A stretch of 64,000 bases of DNA from Camelus dromedarius (Eukaryota), in NCBI RefSeq assembly GCF_036321535.1, contig NC_087436.1, forward strand, positions 91,328,001-91,392,000, read 5' to 3'. Under the pieces are notes generated by a model that was not told the origin of the DNA, searched no databases, and was given only the letters and a program-made list of their open reading frames with translations. Below, piece by piece: positions 28,779 through 43,276 of the stretch. Every line of letters starts with the position of its first letter. Position 1 is the stretch's first letter. The position numbers were made by a program, and so were the translations under genes.

Positions 28779-29258
28779 AATATTACTCAGCCATAAAATG
28801 AATGAAATCTTGCCATTTACAACAACATGGATGGACCTAGAGGGTATTATACTAAGTGAAATAAGTCAAACAGAGAAAGACAAGGGGTACTGTATGATTT
28901 TGTTTATAAGCGGAATCTAAAACAAAACAAAACAAATGAACATAACAAAACAGAAACAGAGTTGTCCATAGAGAACAAACAGGTGTTTTCCAGAGGGGAG
29001 GGGATGGACGAAAGAAAGAGATAAGTGAGGGAGATTAAGAGGTACAAACTTCTAGTTGCAAAATAAATGAGTCACAGGTATAAAATGTACAATATAGAGA
29101 ATATAGTGAATAGCTATGTAGTATCTTTGTATGGTGACATATTGTAACTAGACTTATTGTGAGCATTTCAAAATGTATAGAAATAGTCAATCATTATGTT
29201 GTGTAACAGTAACAACATAGTACTGTAGATCAATTACACTTCAAAAACAAACCAAAAA
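28540..29258 (+). mobile_element. L1 (L1MA-like) 3' portion with internal (CA)n at 28743-28775
   Basis: ORF2 C-terminal peptides LKTELPYDAAIP and WMDLEGIILSEISQTEKDK, followed by 3'UTR and an A-rich tail. Confidence 0.92.
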
Positions 29259-29372
29259 TGTGGACAAAATAAAGTTAAGCATTATCTCTTAAGTAAACAT
29301 CTGAACTTAATTGGGAGTCTCTTGATTGGGAATCCACTTTGCCTAAAGATAGCTTAAGAAATAGAAGGGGTG

Positions 29373-29626
29373 GGGAGAGATAAATTAAGATTGCTGATTA
29401 ACAGACATACAGTGCTATATACAACATAGATAAACAATAAGGACCTACTGTACAGCACAGGGAACTATATTTAATTTCTTGTAATAACATATAATAGAAA
29501 GAATCTGAAATATATATATATATGTATATGTATATATATATGTATAACTGAATTACTTCACTGTACACCTGAAACTAACAGTGTAAATCAACTACACGTC
29601 AATAAAATTTTTTTTAAAAAGAAAAT
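29373..29626 (+). mobile_element. 5'-truncated L1 3' end with 14-bp TSD
   Basis: TSD aaatagaaggggtg (29359-29372) / aaataggaggggtg (29627-29640); AATAAA and A-rich tail. Confidence 0.9.
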
Positions 29627-30974
29627 AAATAGGAGGGGTGAGACACAAAAAAATAAAAACATAAACAAAAAAAGGAGTGAGAAATAAATGTGTATATTTC
29701 TTCATTCTTGTCAATATCTGTACCTATTCTAAGTTCTTTTTTCCCCCCCAAGGTGCCTTTAAGACAATAGTCAAGTCAGATTCCCACCTCCCTTTTTTTC
29801 ATAGAATTTAAAGTCTACAGTGGGAGATATTCTAACGTGCTCCATGCATTTTAAACTTTTAACGTTATACAGTAAAATAATCTATGAGCATCACTGGATC
29901 ACAGCACAGTGCCTGGCATGTAGTGGTTCTCAGTAAAATTCTGTTGGCTAAACTGATCCATGCTGTCTTCAAAGAAATCTCCCTAGAGCTTCCATCTTCC
30001 ACTACAAGAGCAATCCATTTCCATCATACAAACGTTGCATTCCACCCTCTTGTGGAGTCTGCATTTGTGTGCATTTGAGGAGGGGAGTGGGGAGGAATCA
30101 CCTCCATGAATAAAGTGTAATGCCATTAGGCATAGTAGCTGTATATAATTTATTGAGTTAGCACGTGGACCTAGCCTATGTCATTAAGCATTTCCCTCCT
30201 GCTCCAGTGAATAAAAACAGAATGAACCCCTTGCTCTGGTGGGACCTAGTATCCGCTCTCCATACTGTCTTCCACTCTGATGTTACTACTTTTCTGCCTG
30301 GGTATCTCTGTCTAATGCTCTATCCCCCCTACCTTTTAACAGGGAATGATTTCTCATCACTCACTTATCCTTAAAGATAAATTGATTTTCCCAGGTATTT
30401 GCAGTTTGATCCTTTAGTCCTTATTGGGAATGAAAATTGTAGATGTCTCTGTAGAGATTTCTGTTTAAAGTAATGCAGAAGATTGACAGAAAGGGTAAAA
30501 ACATTTCCTTATATCCTACATTGTACTAGGCTGGTGGGCATCGTGCTAGCTGGGAATCACATTCAGCCATTAAGATAATTAGGAAAGCAGAGGCCGCACC
30601 TCCTCCACCGCCCTGTCTGCCACATAAACACACACATGAACCCTTCAGCAAACTTAAATCTCCGGAGAGGGGCCTGAGTATCTGCACACTAAAAAATTCC
30701 TGCGCTCTTAATGGGAATGACTGTACTCTAGATCCTATGAGGAAAGTACTACTCCTGCCATTTAACAGATAAAGTAATGGAGGCTTGGAGGAGCTAAGTA
30801 TCTTGCTCAAGTCCATGAGGCTATTTGCCAGAGACCTGGAATTTGGTTCCAGTTCAGTAGGACTTCAGAAAACTCATCCCATTTCAATATTATTGCCACT
30901 AAAACCTGGTGCCACTAAAAATCTGATCCTACAGATGACACTCTGCTAGTCAGTAGATGGCTGGTGACCAGTGT

Positions 30975-31420
30975 GGATCTATCAGTCAGGGTCCCAGAAG
31001 AAAGAGAACGCACATCCAATTGGGTAGTTTGACAAAAGTTGAATATTGTCAGTTTATCACCGTGTAGGCAGTGCCCTCCTGCCAGTTACAGAGGAAATGG
31101 TTAACACCTATAAGGCCTGAAGATGTGAGCCTAATTTAATGGAATCTGGAAAGAGGTGGGGCAGAGGGAGGGTGGGGAAGAAAGAAGGAGGTGAAGAGAG
31201 CTGCTGGACAGGGCTGTGCCGCTTGGTCCAGGGATGCAGCCAGATCACGGAAATCCTAGGGGTGTGGTCAGGTGAGGGTGTGATCTTGCCAGTCTTTATC
31301 GTTGGCTGAATCCAGGTGAGAACCATAAGGCAGGGGAGACTAAGGACGTGGTTTGTGCCCATCAGCCACTAAGGACAGTGGAGAGTGCAGAGTGGGTTTA
31401 GGTGAGTCAGCAAAGAGTGT
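30975..31420 (-). mobile_element. Old ERVL-type LTR (LTR33-like)
   Basis: tcagtcagggtcccagaagaaagagaacgcacatccaattgggtagtttga resembles the LTR33 antisense terminus as recalled. Confidence 0.55.
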
Positions 31421-32059
31421 TAGGAAGTAAGCCTTCTTCACCCTCATCCCTCAGATTCACCTGCTGTCTCTCTTACCATAAATGAAAATGGCAGGGGTTT
31501 AAAGGAAGCAACTGTTTTCTTTACCGCATGGTTGCAAATGCTTCTGAAATGTACTAGTGCACTTTCTTACTAAGCTTTTATTAGCACCTGCATTTGTTCT
31601 AGTTTTACTGTGTTGTAAGCGTGAAATGTTGGTTAAAACCTTCCCTCAAATAGGTGCATATTCTTTAAGGTTTCTTTGGGCTTTTTGTTTGTTTTTGATT
31701 AGGCTAATTTGGGTAGTTAACATACAGAAAACCTCACCCGTTGTAGCAATGCAATTTTGTCAGTTTTCACAATGTGTACAGTCCTGTATCTGACACTACT
31801 GTCAAGATATAGAGTATTTTCATCATTCCAGCAGCTTCTAAAGCTTTTTAAAATCTTTAATCCCACTCAACTAAATGTCCGGTGTCAATGTTTTTTTCCT
31901 TTGATTCTAAATAGGAAAATTGGTGATGGCATCCAACAGTGAGTTGTACATGGGAGGTGCTCTTATGAAAGTATTCTTGTTGGCTTGTTTCCCTGCCCTT
32001 CTCGTTCATATAAACGATTCCTATCTGTTTTTAACTCAATCCATATATATTAGACTGAG

Positions 32060-32330
32060 GAAAGGCTCATAACCTTGACTGCATGTTGAAATCACCTAGA
32101 TCTATTAAATGACCCAATGGCCAGGTGGCACCTCATTAAAGCATGATTCTGGGGCCAAGACCAAGGCATCAGTACTCTAAGCCTTTCAGGTAACTCCGTA
32201 TGTGGCTGAGGTTGAAACCCCATGGATTAGACAAGTTGTCCTCAACTCTGGCTGCACAGTGGGCTCCCCTAGGCCAGTTGCTTAAAAATACGATGCCTTT
32301 CCCTCAAATTCTGATTTATAGCACTTGTTC
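32060..32330. mobile_element. Two adjacent MER5-like hAT-Charlie elements
   Basis: ctcataaccttgactgcatgttgaaatcacct..gaggttgaaaccc, then ctcaactctggctgcacagtgg..aaattctgattta. Confidence 0.65.
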
Positions 32331-33226
32331 ATAAAAGTTGACTACAAGAAAAATAATCAGATTTGGGTAACTTATATATCTGAATGGTTGGGCTCCATTT
32401 AATCAAGGTTTTATTATCCTTCTGGGTTTGTGGTGATGTTCAATAAATGTTAGATGGAGGTCCTAATCCCACAGCAGAGTCAAGGCACATAAAATATGCT
32501 CCCTCTTGGAAATAAACTGTTTGTGCATTTGAAATAATTATCTTGGCAAACTATCGCTTTCTGAAAATTGTCCTCCTAGGTAATTTACCTCAAATGGTAA
32601 GCCTTGTATTTTGAGAGAATACTATATTTCAACTATGTTTTTTTCAGCATAGCGTTGGGCACATATATATCTTACAGCACTTTCATAATTCTCTCCAAGG
32701 AAATAGACAGGAAACAAGATTAAGATACTGAGGATAAGATTTAAACCAGACTCCCACTAGGAAGTATAAATGATGCTATTGCATTTCTGGGCCTGGAGAA
32801 TACTGCTGCTTTGTAAAATAGAGCAACGGTACTTCCTGCTTTATGACGGTAAAATAAATACACACAGGGCACCTAATGCCATTAGCTAGAACAGAAATGA
32901 ACTAACTATCTAATGAAACAGTTAGGGGACTAGTAGAATACTGATGTATGATATCTTTATTCAGATTTCAGGAACTAGTAACTAAAATAACAAAAATTTC
33001 CTTTTTTTAAGCATAAAGTTAGTGATGATACAGTGTGGCAGAAATGCTCATCAGGCAAACCTCCCGAATTTCATTGCTATCAGTAATTAATCAGCCCACT
33101 GCGTGTTTCAGTCTACATTAACAATGCCAGGTGTGGTGTTTAATCTCTCAAATATAAGCCAGTACAACAAACAGCATTTTCCTTAAAATGATACATGTTC
33201 TTGGTTTAAATTTTAAAAAAATATAA

Positions 33227-33754
<528 letters not shown>

Positions 33755-34830
33755 TAATTCTCTCCTTCCTGCAGTATTTCAATGACACTCAATGTTTACT
33801 ACGGTGTCACCACCTGACTGTGTTCTAACAATGGTCAGTGTGATTCTTGCTGCTCTTCCTTTTTGTGAACAGTGGATGTGGGACGGTATTTTCTTTCATT
33901 CTTTCTGTTGTTGTTTTTAGAAATATGGTTTTAAAAAACAGAAAACTAATAGATGTTGAATCAAGTGGTGTATCTGATTCAAACTATTTCACAAGAATGA
34001 AAGTAAAATGTGCATGACCAAGAAGCTTAGAATCTTGATTTTTGAACTGTGGTCAACTGGGTATGTTTGTCATTTTGTAACTCACCAAAAACAAATCATC
34101 GTATCACTCCAAATAAGGTAACAATATGGATGAAGCAACATCAAGTAAAATGTTAGATGATGGTTTTGGGACCCAAACCCAAAACTGTTTAAATGTTAAT
34201 GCAATAAAACAAGTACTATTTTTGCATGAGCACAATGTTACAAATAAATCACAAGACTTAGGGAATATCTGTTTGTTGCTTGGAAAGAAAAAAAAAATAC
34301 CAAAAAAAAATTTTTTTTAAAAGGTTCAGGCAAAGCCTATAAATGTAAGTTGTCTAGGTTGAATTTTATTTGTTCCAGATCTGTGATTTCTTTGTGTATG
34401 TGTATGGTGTTCTGTATGTTAAGATGGTGTAAATATGCCTTATAATCTTGTGTTATGGCACTGACATTCATCTATTACTGCTAGTCATTATTATTTCTGT
34501 GAAATGAGTCCTTACATCAGGCTGTGAAAATTGGTATAATGATGCTCTGAAAGATCTTATTATCATGTTAAGCAAAATAATTGAGGGAAATGATAAAGAG
34601 CTTTATGTATTTATTAAAAAAAAAGGAAATATATTAGAATTCCTTGATCTCTACTGACTCTTCTTTTAAAATATTCAGTTGTTACATGATCTTCAATTTT
34701 CCTTTAAAATCCCAAGCTGGAGAATGACTGGTTCAACCTTAATGTTGACAAGTTGGAGACTTAACATAATTCAAAATGGAGGTAGAGTCCGATCCAAACA
34801 GCCTTGGTATTGATTAATAAATTCTTAGCC
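33755..34830 (+). other. KCTD8: KCTD8 3'UTR (3' end uncertain)
   Basis: AU-rich sequence with no recognisable repeat after the stop. Poly(A) hexamers AATAAA at 34203, 34243 and 34816; ATTAAA at 34613. Confidence 0.7.
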
Positions 34831-36984
34831 CACAAGAGAAAATGATTTCATCTGAGGATGCACTAAAATCTTATTTTAGCTGACAACCAGATTGAAAGTC
34901 TCTCCCAATACAACTGGGAAGTTACCTCTTAACAAATTACGAGGCAGAAATGTCAATAGCAAGCTAAAAGGTCAGCCTGAATGACAGGAGGTTTCTTCCT
35001 GGTTGCATATGTGGAAATAAGCTGTCCCATCATAAGCCTCACCGTCTCTGCAGAAAGAGATGCTCAATATCATGAAATTTCCCTAAAGAAGGGGCGCTGA
35101 GAGGGAATAAATATCTTCAAGAATTACAGAGCTCAGCCGCCTCTGTGGTTGGTTGAACAGAAGTTGAGCAGCACGTATCGCATCATTTCTTTCAGGATAA
35201 TATAGGGAGAAAAACATTATTAACTCAGAATTTTAAATCTGTGTTCAATTTTGGATATATTTTTGATTTCTCTCTCTACTATTATATAAAGTACTGTCCA
35301 CAGCGGACTGTTAAGCAAAACCCAGATATATGATTTGCCTTGAATAACCTACCAGGCTTTAGGGAAAGAGCTACTCTCAAATTCTGCATTTCATTTTGGG
35401 AAGAATGGCTTAGTGCCACCGCAACACACTGGTTACATGGATAGAGGTTGGTGGCTAGGATGTTCAAATCCCATCTCCACCACTTGCCACTTGTGCGACA
35501 CGGGATAACGGGGATAACACAGCATCACAGAGAAGATCTATATGAGATAACTGAGGTACAGCATTGCCAGCGTTCCTAGAGACGGAGGGAAACGGGAATT
35601 AGTGTGTCTTACCAGAACCCAGGAGTCAGTACTGTTAGATGAAGAATTTGAAACAGAGAGGAGTAAAACGTCCACTAAGAACTGTGGCCTCTAATGAGTC
35701 ACTGTTACTTCCAAAGATGCCTCCCAAAGCAAAGAGAGAGGGGAGAGAGTATCCTAGTTCCCCACATTCCAACTTCCCCCAACACTTTCCATTGTCCCAA
35801 GATAAGGGGAAACCAGCTGGCAAAGGAGCCTAGGAAATGTAATTTAACAGAGGTGATCCCCCTATAATACAAAACCTAGCAGTGAAGGGCAGAGGGTAGA
35901 TCTGAACTTCGCACCCTGCTCTATTTTTTCCCAACACAAAACTTCAAATTGAGTCACAATGGCAAGAATTTGGTAAATGAGGACTATTTCAGAGCTTCAT
36001 ATGTCCACCACAAGAGAAGTGATGCTAGTGAGATTGTCTATCCTGACAGTCCTTCTTAGTAAATTATTTCAATAATAGTCTGTTGAATACTTAACCATAC
36101 CTCAAGAATTTGGCTCAAAGTTAACAACATTCAACAAATGCAAATTACTAGCGATGGCCTTTGGGAAGAAGTTTATGGTCTGATTCTCCTAAACCGTTAT
36201 GCTTTCACCAGAGGCTACATCCTGGTTGACTCCAACTGGGTTACAAGAGGATCAAGGCAGGAAGCTAGAATAAGGACTCTTCCCTGAAGAAAAAGAGACT
36301 CCAAATTTTAAAGATGACTTAGACTAATACTGCTCTATGAAACTCATTTTCCAAAGAATCATGAGATAAAATCTGGAGGGTCACCAAAAGTCAACAGTGT
36401 TGGAAGCAGGCATTGAAGTTGAGTATTTTGGGAGAATAAATATATTTTGGAGCTCACATGGTATACCTTTTGTTTAATATATAGCATTTATTTAACTTGT
36501 GATCTGATGTTTTAATGTTATCAGTTCAAGTGGGGCCATATTTAGTACTAACTAAGATGGAAAAAGGAAATGAAAGTCAAATTGTGAGCTTTTCAATTTT
36601 GGAAAAATGGAATAGACATATGTTCCCCTATATCTCCCAGTAATTATAACTAAACACCTTAGATATACATAAATCAGAGGCTCTTAAAGGCTAATAGAAG
36701 AAGGAAGGCTGGTTAGAGACATTGAGACCCAAAGAACATGGGAATGGAACTTCCTAAGTTTTCTTTGTACCTCATGTATTGCTAAAGAAGCTGGTAACCC
36801 AGAAACACTTAACAGGTGCAGAGGAAACAAGCCCAAGCAAAATTCTTTACTCTCTTGCCAAAGGACCAGGAAAGGGACAAACTAGCAAGACAGAACATTT
36901 GCTGTGTCAGGTTGCAAGTAGGTGGACACAATTGTATTACAGAGTCATTTTAAGGCTCCCCACTTTTTAAAAAGAACTTTTTAA

Positions 36985-37575
36985 AGAGCAATTTTAGGTT
37001 CACAACAAAATTGAGGGGAAGGTACTGAGATTTCCCATGTACATCCTGGCCCCAATACCCTCCTCCACTATCAACATCCCCCACCAGAATGGTACATTGT
37101 TACAACTGGTGAACCTGCACTGATGCATCGTTAACATCCGAAGTCCATAGTTGACATTGTTGTTCACTCTTGGACTCGCACATTCTGTGGGTTTGGATAA
37201 ATGCATACTGAGGGTATCCATCATTATAGTATCACACAGAGTATTTTTCACTGCCCCCTACATTGCCCATGTTCTGCTTATTCATTCCCTCCTCCCTCCC
37301 CAAACCACTGGTAACCACTTTTTTTTTTTTTTTTTGCTATTTCCATAGTGTTGCCTTTTTCAGAATGTTATGTGGTTGGAATCATACAGTGCATAGCCTT
37401 TTCACATTGTCTTCTCTCACTTAGTAGTATGCATTGAAGTTTCCTCCATGTCTTGTCATGGCTTAACACCTTTATTTTTCAGCACTGAATAATATTTCAT
37501 TGTCTGGATTTACCACAGTTTGTTTATCTATTCACCTACTAAAGGACACCTTGGTTGCTTCCAAATTATGGCAAC
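36985..37575 (-). mobile_element. L1MC-like 3' end fragment
   Basis: gagcaattttaggttcacaacaaaattgag..atttcccatgtac..cagaatggtacattgttacaac. Confidence 0.85.
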
Positions 37576-38176
37576 ATTGTATACTAGTGTTTTTTTAGTA
37601 TAGGTTAGTTAAGCAAACACTACCAAAGCATAGTTTTGTTCATTAAAAAGGGATACAATTTGGAAGAGTTTCTTATAAAACTCTTAAACATAAATCTATT
37701 TTCTTTCAAATTTTTTCTCCCTCTCTATATTCTCAAAAGCATTCATTTTAAAGCATGACATCCAGAGGTTAAAAGATTCAGACAACTGCAGAATTGGAAG
37801 GCATCTTAAAAGTCATGTAAATTCTCTGTATACATGAACTCAAAGTAATCTATGACTATTTCTAGAGTGCCTACTATGAGCAAAGTATTTTACAAAATAT
37901 GTTAAAGATACAGCAATGAATAAGCAATAATAAAAATGGATTTAATTTCAATAGGATGATGTGTACACAGTGACTGACAGAGTGTAAGCAGAGGAGTCAG
38001 CTATAACAAAGGCACTGCTACATAAGTTTAGAGAGAAGAGACAGCTTTGTGGTAGCAATGGAATTTAAGCTGGGGCTTGAAAGAAGGGAATTTGAATTTG
38101 TACATATAAGGATGTTGAAAAGGGGACACTATAAGGAAAGAGAGAAGTCTGTAAGTTTAAATATGTAAGAATACTA

Positions 38177-38770
38177 TGTTGCAGAAAAGTGTGTTACAGC
38201 TCAGTGTTACAGCTCAGTGTTACAGCTCAGCTGTGACAGCAACCTGGATCCAGGCGAGAGACCAAGCAGCACTCAGAGAGTTCGAGAACTCAGGTTTATT
38301 ATGCCAGCGGGCCCAGAGGAGTTAACATTCCAAGCTCTGGACCCCCTCTGTAGGTTTACACAGGCTTTTATAGGCTCCAGTCTAGACTTTGTAACATTTT
38401 GTAACATCATATGCAAATAAGCTATAACAAAGGTGACTAATTAGGAACAAGCTTTGTAGAAATAGACCAATCAGGAGTGAGAGAAATAGACCAATCAGGA
38501 TTGAGAGAAATGTACCAATCAGGAGTGAGAGAAATAACCAATCAAGAGTGAGCTCCACGTAAATGAAGCACTACAAATGGACCAATCAGGAGTTAGCTCA
38601 GGGAACCAATAGAATTTTAGGGGTAAGTTCCACTTTCCTAGAAGTAAGCCATTTCAGAGGCAAAAAGTGAGATAAAGCCACTGGGCCAGGGAACTGGATG
38701 GTGCTTGCAGGAGAGTAGTGGCCCTGCCTGGGGGTCCTGCCAGTCTCTTTTCATGGGGCTTCCCACCTCA
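38177..38770 (-). mobile_element. Intact young ERV1-type solo LTR (594 bp)
   Basis: TG...CA termini; 4-bp TSD ACTA (38173-38176 / 38771-38774); minus-strand TATAAAA at 38366-38372 and AATAAA at 38295-38300; six CCAAT boxes. Confidence 0.92.
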
Positions 38771-39640
38771 ACTATAGCAGATGACATTCTGAAAAAATGT
38801 TTGTAAAAATATTATTATATGTACTTTCGAATATAACTGAATATAACATTATTATGTGCAAGAATACATTAATGAAGAAACTTTTTATTATAATCTTCAT
38901 CTTCAGGATTATATTTTCATGAGTAAATACTTCTATCCATCTAGTCTCTTTTTCCCTCTGACCCTCACTCTCCAATTACAGCAGCAGGAACTAAAGAAGA
39001 AGCAAATTAGATTTTCTTTAAAATGCTGTTAAGAGTCCCACTGGAAACTGATTCGTTAAAACTAATGAAAAGAAACAATGAATGAGAACTTAGACCAACA
39101 AAATATGTTTTTGTCAGGGAGAAGTGTTTTAATAGGAACATAGTTTAGGATTGCCGGTGCATGGTGATAATAAAAAGCAGATTAATTGATAGTAGGTTTT
39201 ACTGGCATTTTAAAATGATCCACTTTTATGGCCTGCACCTGGGGCAAATTGCTCCCGTCACCTTGGTTTGATATTCACTGGTTCAATGCAGAAGGCAGAC
39301 TAGAAATTTCAGTCTAATTTAACAAGTGCTAAGCTCGGGGTACAAAGAAAGGCTGATTCTACTGCAGCTACAGTGTCACACCTTCATCTTCCTCCACTTC
39401 AGCTGCAGGAATCCAAGGACTGCACTGGTCTGCCTCAGTCTTTTTCCTTTCAGTCCATCCTTCTTGCAGCTAGAAATGTGATCTTCCTACAACACAAATT
39501 TTTCATATTCTTTTGCTTAAAATTTTTCATCTCACTCTTATTAAGAAAAACTTAAAATGTGCTTTATACGATTAATAAAGTCCTCCATTTTCTGCCTCCT
39601 CTCTTTCTCATTTTATCAACATGTACCCATGCGTACAAAG

Positions 39641-39646
<6 letters not shown>

Positions 39647-39674
<28 letters not shown>
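39647..39674. repeat. (CA)n microsatellite
   Basis: Direct reading. Confidence 0.95.
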
Positions 39675-39676
<2 letters not shown>

Positions 39677-42600
39677 TCTATTACTTTTTCCAGCTGTTTC
39701 TAACTGCTTCTAACTCCCAAGAATTATTTGTCACTTCTTTCTTTGTGCCCCCCAATATAATATTTATTATGACAGGGACAAAATTCATTAACGTGTATGA
39801 ATGTTTCTCCCTCTGCCTCTCCCAAACTAAAGATGAAGTTTTGCGAGCTCAGTCCTCACCTATCTGATGATATAGAATAAAAAGAGTTTGAAAGGAAACA
39901 CAGCACACACTCCCTTCCTACCACATTTTTCTCTTTCCCTGTAGCTTTGTTTTCATGGCAGAATAAGTAATAAAAATAAAATACCACCATTTGGCAAATA
40001 TAGTGAAATAATTGATCTAAATAATTGTCATCCACAGATGCTAAAGTTATGACATGAAAGGGTAATGGGAAACTTTATAATATTGATCTCACTGCCAAAT
40101 CTTAACATTCTACATAGAGAGACACCAGACATTAGTGCCTCTTGATGTTAACAGGAAGCTCCCAAAATGAGCTATGCTGTATTCTTACCAAAAATGTTAG
40201 AGCTGAATCTTATAGGTGTCTGGATCTAACTGCCATTTTGCTGGAAAAACAGGGGATAAAGAAACCTCTTAAAAAGATTTCTTTAATCAAAAGACAGCCT
40301 TTACGTGCTATGTGGGAATATTGATTTTATCCTGATTCCAGTCAAGCCCACTGTAAAAATCATCATCATCATCAAAGAGTTTTAAGGCAGATAGATGTTT
40401 AATGGTAAGAAATTACTATTTTTTAACAGTGATATTGTGGTTATCTTGAAAAAGTGTTCAGATCTTTCAGAGATACTCTCTGAATTACGATGGCTAAAAC
40501 AATAAGATGTCCAAGTTTACCTTTAAAATAGCACACGGGGAGGAGCAGTGTGCTGAACTTGATGAACCTTCATGTCTCCACCACACAGTTGCCTTCTATA
40601 ACATGGTAATAATAGTAGTGCCTATTTTAAGGGTTGCTGTGTGAACTTAACATATGAAAGGCACTTTAAGCAATTTTTGGAATCGCTCAAGAACTTTTCA
40701 ACTGCTTATAAAAAGACCTTCTTGCCGTGATGGTATTTCTGTATTTGAATTCCTTTAGTAGAGATATGTAATTGCTACACCTCAAAAGATTTCCACACGT
40801 GGCCTTAAGTCCATTCCGTAATTACATGAGAGAAGAGTTATAATTGTTACCAGTCTTGTATTCACTACATTTAAACAATATTTTGCACCATTAGCTACTT
40901 AATAAATGCTTAAGATTAACTGAACATCAAATATCTAAATTAAATTAAATATGTGAATAAATATATTAATGAATCGGCTAATGAATGAAAGGGAGATTAA
41001 ACAAAGTAGCATGAATTTGTAAAGTGAAGCTTGCGGAGAAATGAATGCTCTCAAATTCCCAGCCTTTTCTATAAGATACTAATTTTTTACTCAGGCTTTA
41101 TCCTTAAGACTCCGGAGTTATGCCCCATTATTAATTTTTCATCACCTTTCTGATTCAGAAAACCAAAGCATATCTATTTTTCATCATTATGCATCATTTA
41201 TAGCTGCCCCTTGTTTGTTAGTAAAATTTATTTGCTGTACAAAATTTCAAGGAAATGGGCTATTTTACAGAAGTTTCATAAACATAGTTAAACTCCACAG
41301 ATCCCTTCTATACACCAAGGAAATTTTTTAAAGTAAATTCAGACACAAATCAGTGTTGATATTTTCCATGCTTATCCATGCAAATATTTGCTCTAATTAC
41401 CTAAAATTCAAAGTCATCTATATCAATGTAGTAAAACTGAATTATCTGAGTGAAAATATAATTTGAGATTTTGCCAAAAAATTTTTGGAGGGTTGCTATT
41501 GTTCCAAAGGTAATATTTCCCCTAAACTTTTATTTAATATTGTAATATCTCATTATCTGATTATTTTGAATGTATATAAATATTGACACCAAAGTGAATT
41601 TCTTCCCCCTTTTTTCTTTAGTGAACAAGTGTTATCAGCTTTTTATTAAGATATAATTCAGTACCATAAAATTCAGCCTTTTACAGTATACAATTCAGTG
41701 ACAACAGTACATTGACTTTTCTTATTGAGATTCTGTAAAATTGTGAGTAAAACTACGCAAATTTTTGCAATTCTATGGTTAATTTCCTGAGTGTTTGAAA
41801 AGTTGATTTTGACCACTGTTGCCAGTTTCATTGCTTCTACGGAAGACAGAATTTTTGGAGTGTATTTTTTTTTAATCCATTTCTGCCCTATCAGTGTTTT
41901 GAAATTTTAATATAATTTTAATATTTGTCCTTTTCTGGGAAATTTTTTTCACAAATAGGAAATCAAATATTTCCTATGCACAGAAATTCTGTGCTCATCC
42001 AATGGTATTATATAGAACCATACAGGGTCAAGCCATACCGCAGGAACAACCATTTTCCTCTTTAGTTACATTCTTGCTTCTTGATTTTATCGCTCTGAGA
42101 TTATATTATAATTCTATGGTGAATTATGCACCATGAAAAATAAGACTGCAGTAGAAAAACATAAATCAAAGAAAATGTGAAATGTTAAAAGGTATATTTC
42201 TCACAGCTAAAAATATAGGCAGTTCTGATCTAATGATAATAAAAACACTGACTGCTGTGTCTAGATTTCCTTTCCTGAACCAGAAATATCAATTTTTCAT
42301 AACTGCCTCCATTGTTCTAGAGTTCCCTGCATTCTACACAGCCTAATAACGACTTCCCTCAGCACCTAGAAATCTTGTGCAGCACGATAGAGGCCAAGCC
42401 AGAAGCTGCTCACTTAGTACTGAATCCAGTCACTTCAAAAGAGCTCACATCTTCACCTTGATTAGATCGGGTTATTACAAAAAGTTTGCTGTTTAGAATA
42501 GACGTCTTTCTCAAAACACTTGTCAGTGGAGGAATGATACAGCTTGGAAAGTTCTATTAAGGAAACAAAGTCACCAGTTGCCTGTGGAAGTACAGGTTCA

Positions 42601-43276
42601 AAATGTTGGTTTATTGGTGTGGTCCTGATGCACCCTGAACAGTGAGTGGATGACTGTGCATGGACCAGCTTGTTAACAAGGCAGTATAATGTCCTTTAGA
42701 ACCTGTTTATTTCTAAATAGTGCATTTTAATTTGAAGCCCAAACAAAATGCTTTTGATATCACAGTATAATAAACCCTCAATCCAGTTAACTCATTAGCA
42801 TATTTGATAGCCTGCCTTCTCCCGTCTCCCTCATTATTCAACGACCTCAGGCTCTTTCTTGTTTGAAATGGAGACAGTACAAATGCAGGGATAAAGCAGC
42901 CATTTCATAAGCACATTCACCTCAGCAGAAACTGCTAGCCATATTTCAGCATAAAATTCTGAATCTACCTACACACAAAACACACTAATTAAATCGATCC
43001 AACCTCAAACTAGAATCTTCCTAATAACAAATAAATTGTCACTGAAAATGCTATTTCTTGTCACCTGGGGACATGAAGAAAATGAAGTGTGCCAAAAATA
43101 TATTATTTTATATCCAGCAATCTTGCTTTTAACAATCATCACAGTAGTCCTATATAAAGAAAGCTTAACTATCCCAAGGAAATTTGCAGGTCATTGTTCC
43201 TAGAATTGAAAAGAACAATAGAAAGTATTGTTAAATCATTTAATGCTCTAAATGTTTAACTGGAAAGCCTTAAATG

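Noticed and set aside
28497..28920. ORFs with protein-like sequence
   Set aside because: Frameshifted, stop-interrupted L1 ORF2 remnants, not a host gene.
38461..38560. Regularly spaced repeats resembling a CRISPR array
   Set aside because: Head-to-tail units with no unique spacers, inside an LTR U3 in mammalian DNA.
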